DNA from: an uncultured Gemmatimonadales bacterium
GTDB taxonomy: Bacteria > Gemmatimonadota > Gemmatimonadetes > Gemmatimonadales > GWC2-71-9
DNA length: 64,000 nt
Direction: 5' to 3'
Assembly (NCBI GenBank): GCA_963822925.1
Contig: CAWGJN010000006.1
Location: 78,910-142,909, forward strand
Shown here: positions 62,194 to 64,000 of the stretch, in pieces
How the letters are laid out: the number at the start of each line of letters is the position of its first letter
How positions within the stretch are numbered: the first letter of the stretch is position 1
Notes under the pieces: generated by a model
Database searches by the model: none
Seen by the model: the letters and a program-made list of their open reading frames with translations, nothing else
Told to the model about the DNA's origin: nothing
Program-made: the position numbers and the translations under genes

Positions 62194-64000
62194 TCAAGCC
62201 TGGCTGCCCGAGCCCGTAAGGGCGCGGAAGGCGAGTTTGTCGCCCTCGGGGGCCACGTCGACCTCGATCTCGTCGCCGCGACCGAGTTCACCAAGGAGGA
62301 TCCGCTCGCTGAGCGGGTCCTCGATGTAGCGCTGAATGGAGCGGCGTAGCGGCCGCGCACCGTAGTTCTTGTCGAAGCCGCGCTCGACCAGAAAGTCGAG
62401 GGCAGCCTGGGTGAGGCGGACCTCGTCGCCCAGTCGGCGCTGGACCTCGCGCATCAGGATCTTGACGATCTCCGCGATGTGCTCCTTCTCGAGCGGGTGG
62501 AAGACGATCACGTCGTCCAGCCGGTTGAGGAACTCGGGATTGAAGGTCTTCTGCATTTCATCGCGGACGGTTTCCTGCATCCGCTCGAAGCTCGCGCCGG
62601 CCGAGCCCCCGTGGAAGCCGAGCGACCGATTCTGCATGATGTCGCGCGCGCCAACGTTCGACGTCATGATGACGACGGTGTTCTTGAAGTCGATCAGCCG
62701 GCCGTAGTTGTCGGTGAGGTGTCCCTCATCGAGCACCTGGAGCAGGATGTTGAACACGTCGGGATGCGCCTTCTCGATTTCGTCGAGAAGGACCACCGAA
62801 TACGGCTTCCGGCGCACGGTCTTGGTGAGCGTGCCCGAGTCTTCGTAGCCCACGTAGCCCGGCGGCGCGCCGATGAGGCGGGACACCGAGAATTTTTCCA
62901 TGTACTCCGACATGTCCACGCGGATGAGCGCGGACGGATCGGCGAACAGGAACTTGGCCAGCGAACGGGCGAGTTCCGTCTTGCCCACACCGGTGGGCCC
63001 GCTGAAGATGAACGACCCGATGGGCCGCTTCGGGTCCTTGAGCCCCGCGCGGGAGCGCCGGATGGCGCGGGAGACGGCCTTGATGGCCTCGTCCTGGCCA
63101 ACCACGGATGCGTGCAGCTCGTCCTCCATGCGGAGCAGGCGGGTAGCTTCCGCCTCCTGCAGACGGGTGACGGGAATACCGGTCCACCGGGACACGATGA
63201 AGGCGATGTTCTCCTCATCGATGACCGGGCGGCGGGTCTGCCGCTCGCGCTCCCACTCCTCCTGCTTGAGCCGGATCTGGTTCTGCAGGTCGCGCTCCTG
63301 GTCCCGGAGCGCGGCGGCGCGCTCGAAGTTCTGGTCGCGGACCGCCTCTTCCTTCTGCACGTTCACCTTCTCCAGCTGCGCCTTGAGCTCCGACACCTCG
63401 GCCGGAGGCACCTGCGACGCGAGGCGGGCGCGCGCGCCGGCCTCGTCGATGACGTCGATGGCCTTGTCGGGCAGGAACCGGTCGGTGATGTAGCGCTCGG
63501 ACAGCTCCGCCGCCGCGACGAGCGTGGCATCCGGGATGCTGACCCGGTGATGGTCCTCGTACTTCTTGCGCAGGCCGCGCAGGATTTCCACCGTCTCCGG
63601 TATCGATGGCGGCTCGACGACGACGGTCTGGAAGCGCCGTTCGAGCGCGCCATCCTTCTCGATGTACTTGCGGTACTCGTTGAGCGTGGACGCACCGACG
63701 CACTGCAGCTCGCCGCGGGCCAGTGCGGGCTTCAGCATGTTGGACGCATCAATCGCGCCCTCCGCCGCCCCGGCACCCACGAGCGTGTGCAGCTCGTCGA
63801 TGAACAGGATGATGTTCTTGTTCTGCGCGATCTCGTTCATGACGGCCTTGAGGCGCTCCTCGAACTGGCCGCGATACTTGGTGCCGGCGATGACCGCCGC
63901 CATGTCGAGTGACAGGACGCGGTGGTCGCGCAGGACGTCGGGGCAGAGCGCATTCGCGATCATGAGGGCCAGGCCCTCGACGATCGCCGTCTTGCCCACG
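62194..64000 (-). CDS. clpC: ClpC/ClpA-type AAA+ chaperone, ATP-binding subunit of Clp protease (N-terminus outside window)
   Basis: Open to the window edge. Present are the D1 remainder ([10 protein letters not shown]...), a UVR-like middle motif ([18 protein letters not shown]), D2 Walker [10 protein letters not shown], Walker [11 protein letters not shown] and the C-terminal GARPLRR. Confidence 0.9.
   Translation of the reverse strand, partial: VGKTAIVEGLALMIANALCPDVLRDHRVLSLDMAAVIAGTKYRGQFEERLKAVMNEIAQNKNIILFIDELHTLVGAGAAEGAIDASNMLKPALARGELQCVGASTLNEYRKYIEKDGALERRFQTVVVEPPSIPETVEILRGLRKKYEDHHRVSIPDATLVAAAELSERYITDRFLPDKAIDVIDEAGARARLASQVPPAEVSELKAQLEKVNVQKEEAVRDQNFERAAALRDQERDLQNQIRLKQEEWERERQTRRPVIDEENIAFIVSRWTGIPVTRLQEAEATRLLRMEDELHASVVGQDEAIKAVSRAIRRSRAGLKDPKRPIGSFIFSGPTGVGKTELARSLAKFLFADPSALIRVDMSEYMEKFSVSRLIGAPPGYVGYEDSGTLTKTVRRKPYSVVLLDEIEKAHPDVFNILLQVLDEGHLTDNYGRLIDFKNTVVIMTSNVGARDIMQNRSLGFHGGSAGASFERMQETVRDEMQKTFNPEFLNRLDDVIVFHPLEKEHIAEIVKILMREVQRRLGDEVRLTQAALDFLVERGFDKNYGARPLRRSIQRYIEDPLSERILLGELGRGDEIEVDVAPEGDKLAFRALTGSGSQA

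Overview
This is a visibly GC-rich bacterial chromosomal segment (third codon positions are almost all G/C) with about 60 tightly packed genes. Nearly all are housekeeping or cell-envelope genes of a diderm organism. The LpxC-FabZ fusion, bshC and the high GC suggest an FCB-group lineage such as Gemmatimonadota, but that is inference only.

Gene order:
- A czcCBA-type RND efflux operon, with its 5' end cut by the window edge.
- A convergent ABC exporter pair, a repeat-containing membrane protein, and trpG/pabA.
- A roughly 16-kb co-directional, overlap-coupled array: kdsB-pyrG-kdsA-kdsC-kdsD-lptC-lptA-lptB-rpoN, then a five-gene glycosylation module (GT2, GT4, flippase-like, YfhO-like GT-C, Dpm1-like GT2), then dapF.
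- A TPR protein, tRNA-Arg(CCT), a lipoprotein and a DUF155 protein.
- apt-acyP-dedA-pcm-surE-merR-gpsA-plsY-der-DUF512.
- A nucleotidyltransferase/APH-kinase pair, an SSS transporter and tRNA-Gly(CCC).
- An orphan membrane protein, phhA and a TPR protein.
- thrC-uvrC, murJ, a small membrane protein, a methyltransferase with bshC, rlmH and gdhA.
- The lipid A/outer-membrane cluster lpxK-DUF374-lpxB-Gfo/Idh/MocA-lpxA-lpxC/fabZ-lpxD-skp-bamA.
- A 5'-truncated clpC.

I found no rRNA, CRISPR array, IS/transposase, prophage or recognisable defence system, and I see no convincing evidence for a wholly new system. The items most worth a second look are:
1. lpxA is split by a 1-nt frameshift, which produces an artefactual 585-aa chimeric ORF in the track.
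2. The ABC exporter permease probably carries a second frameshift of the same kind.
3. The lipid-carrier glycosylation module sits directly behind lptB-rpoN.
4. A 436-nt relatively AT-rich convergent spacer is unexplained.
5. A SAM methyltransferase is translationally coupled to bshC, a candidate N-methyl-bacillithiol pathway.
6. A Gfo/Idh/MocA (GnnA-like) gene lies inside the lpx cluster.
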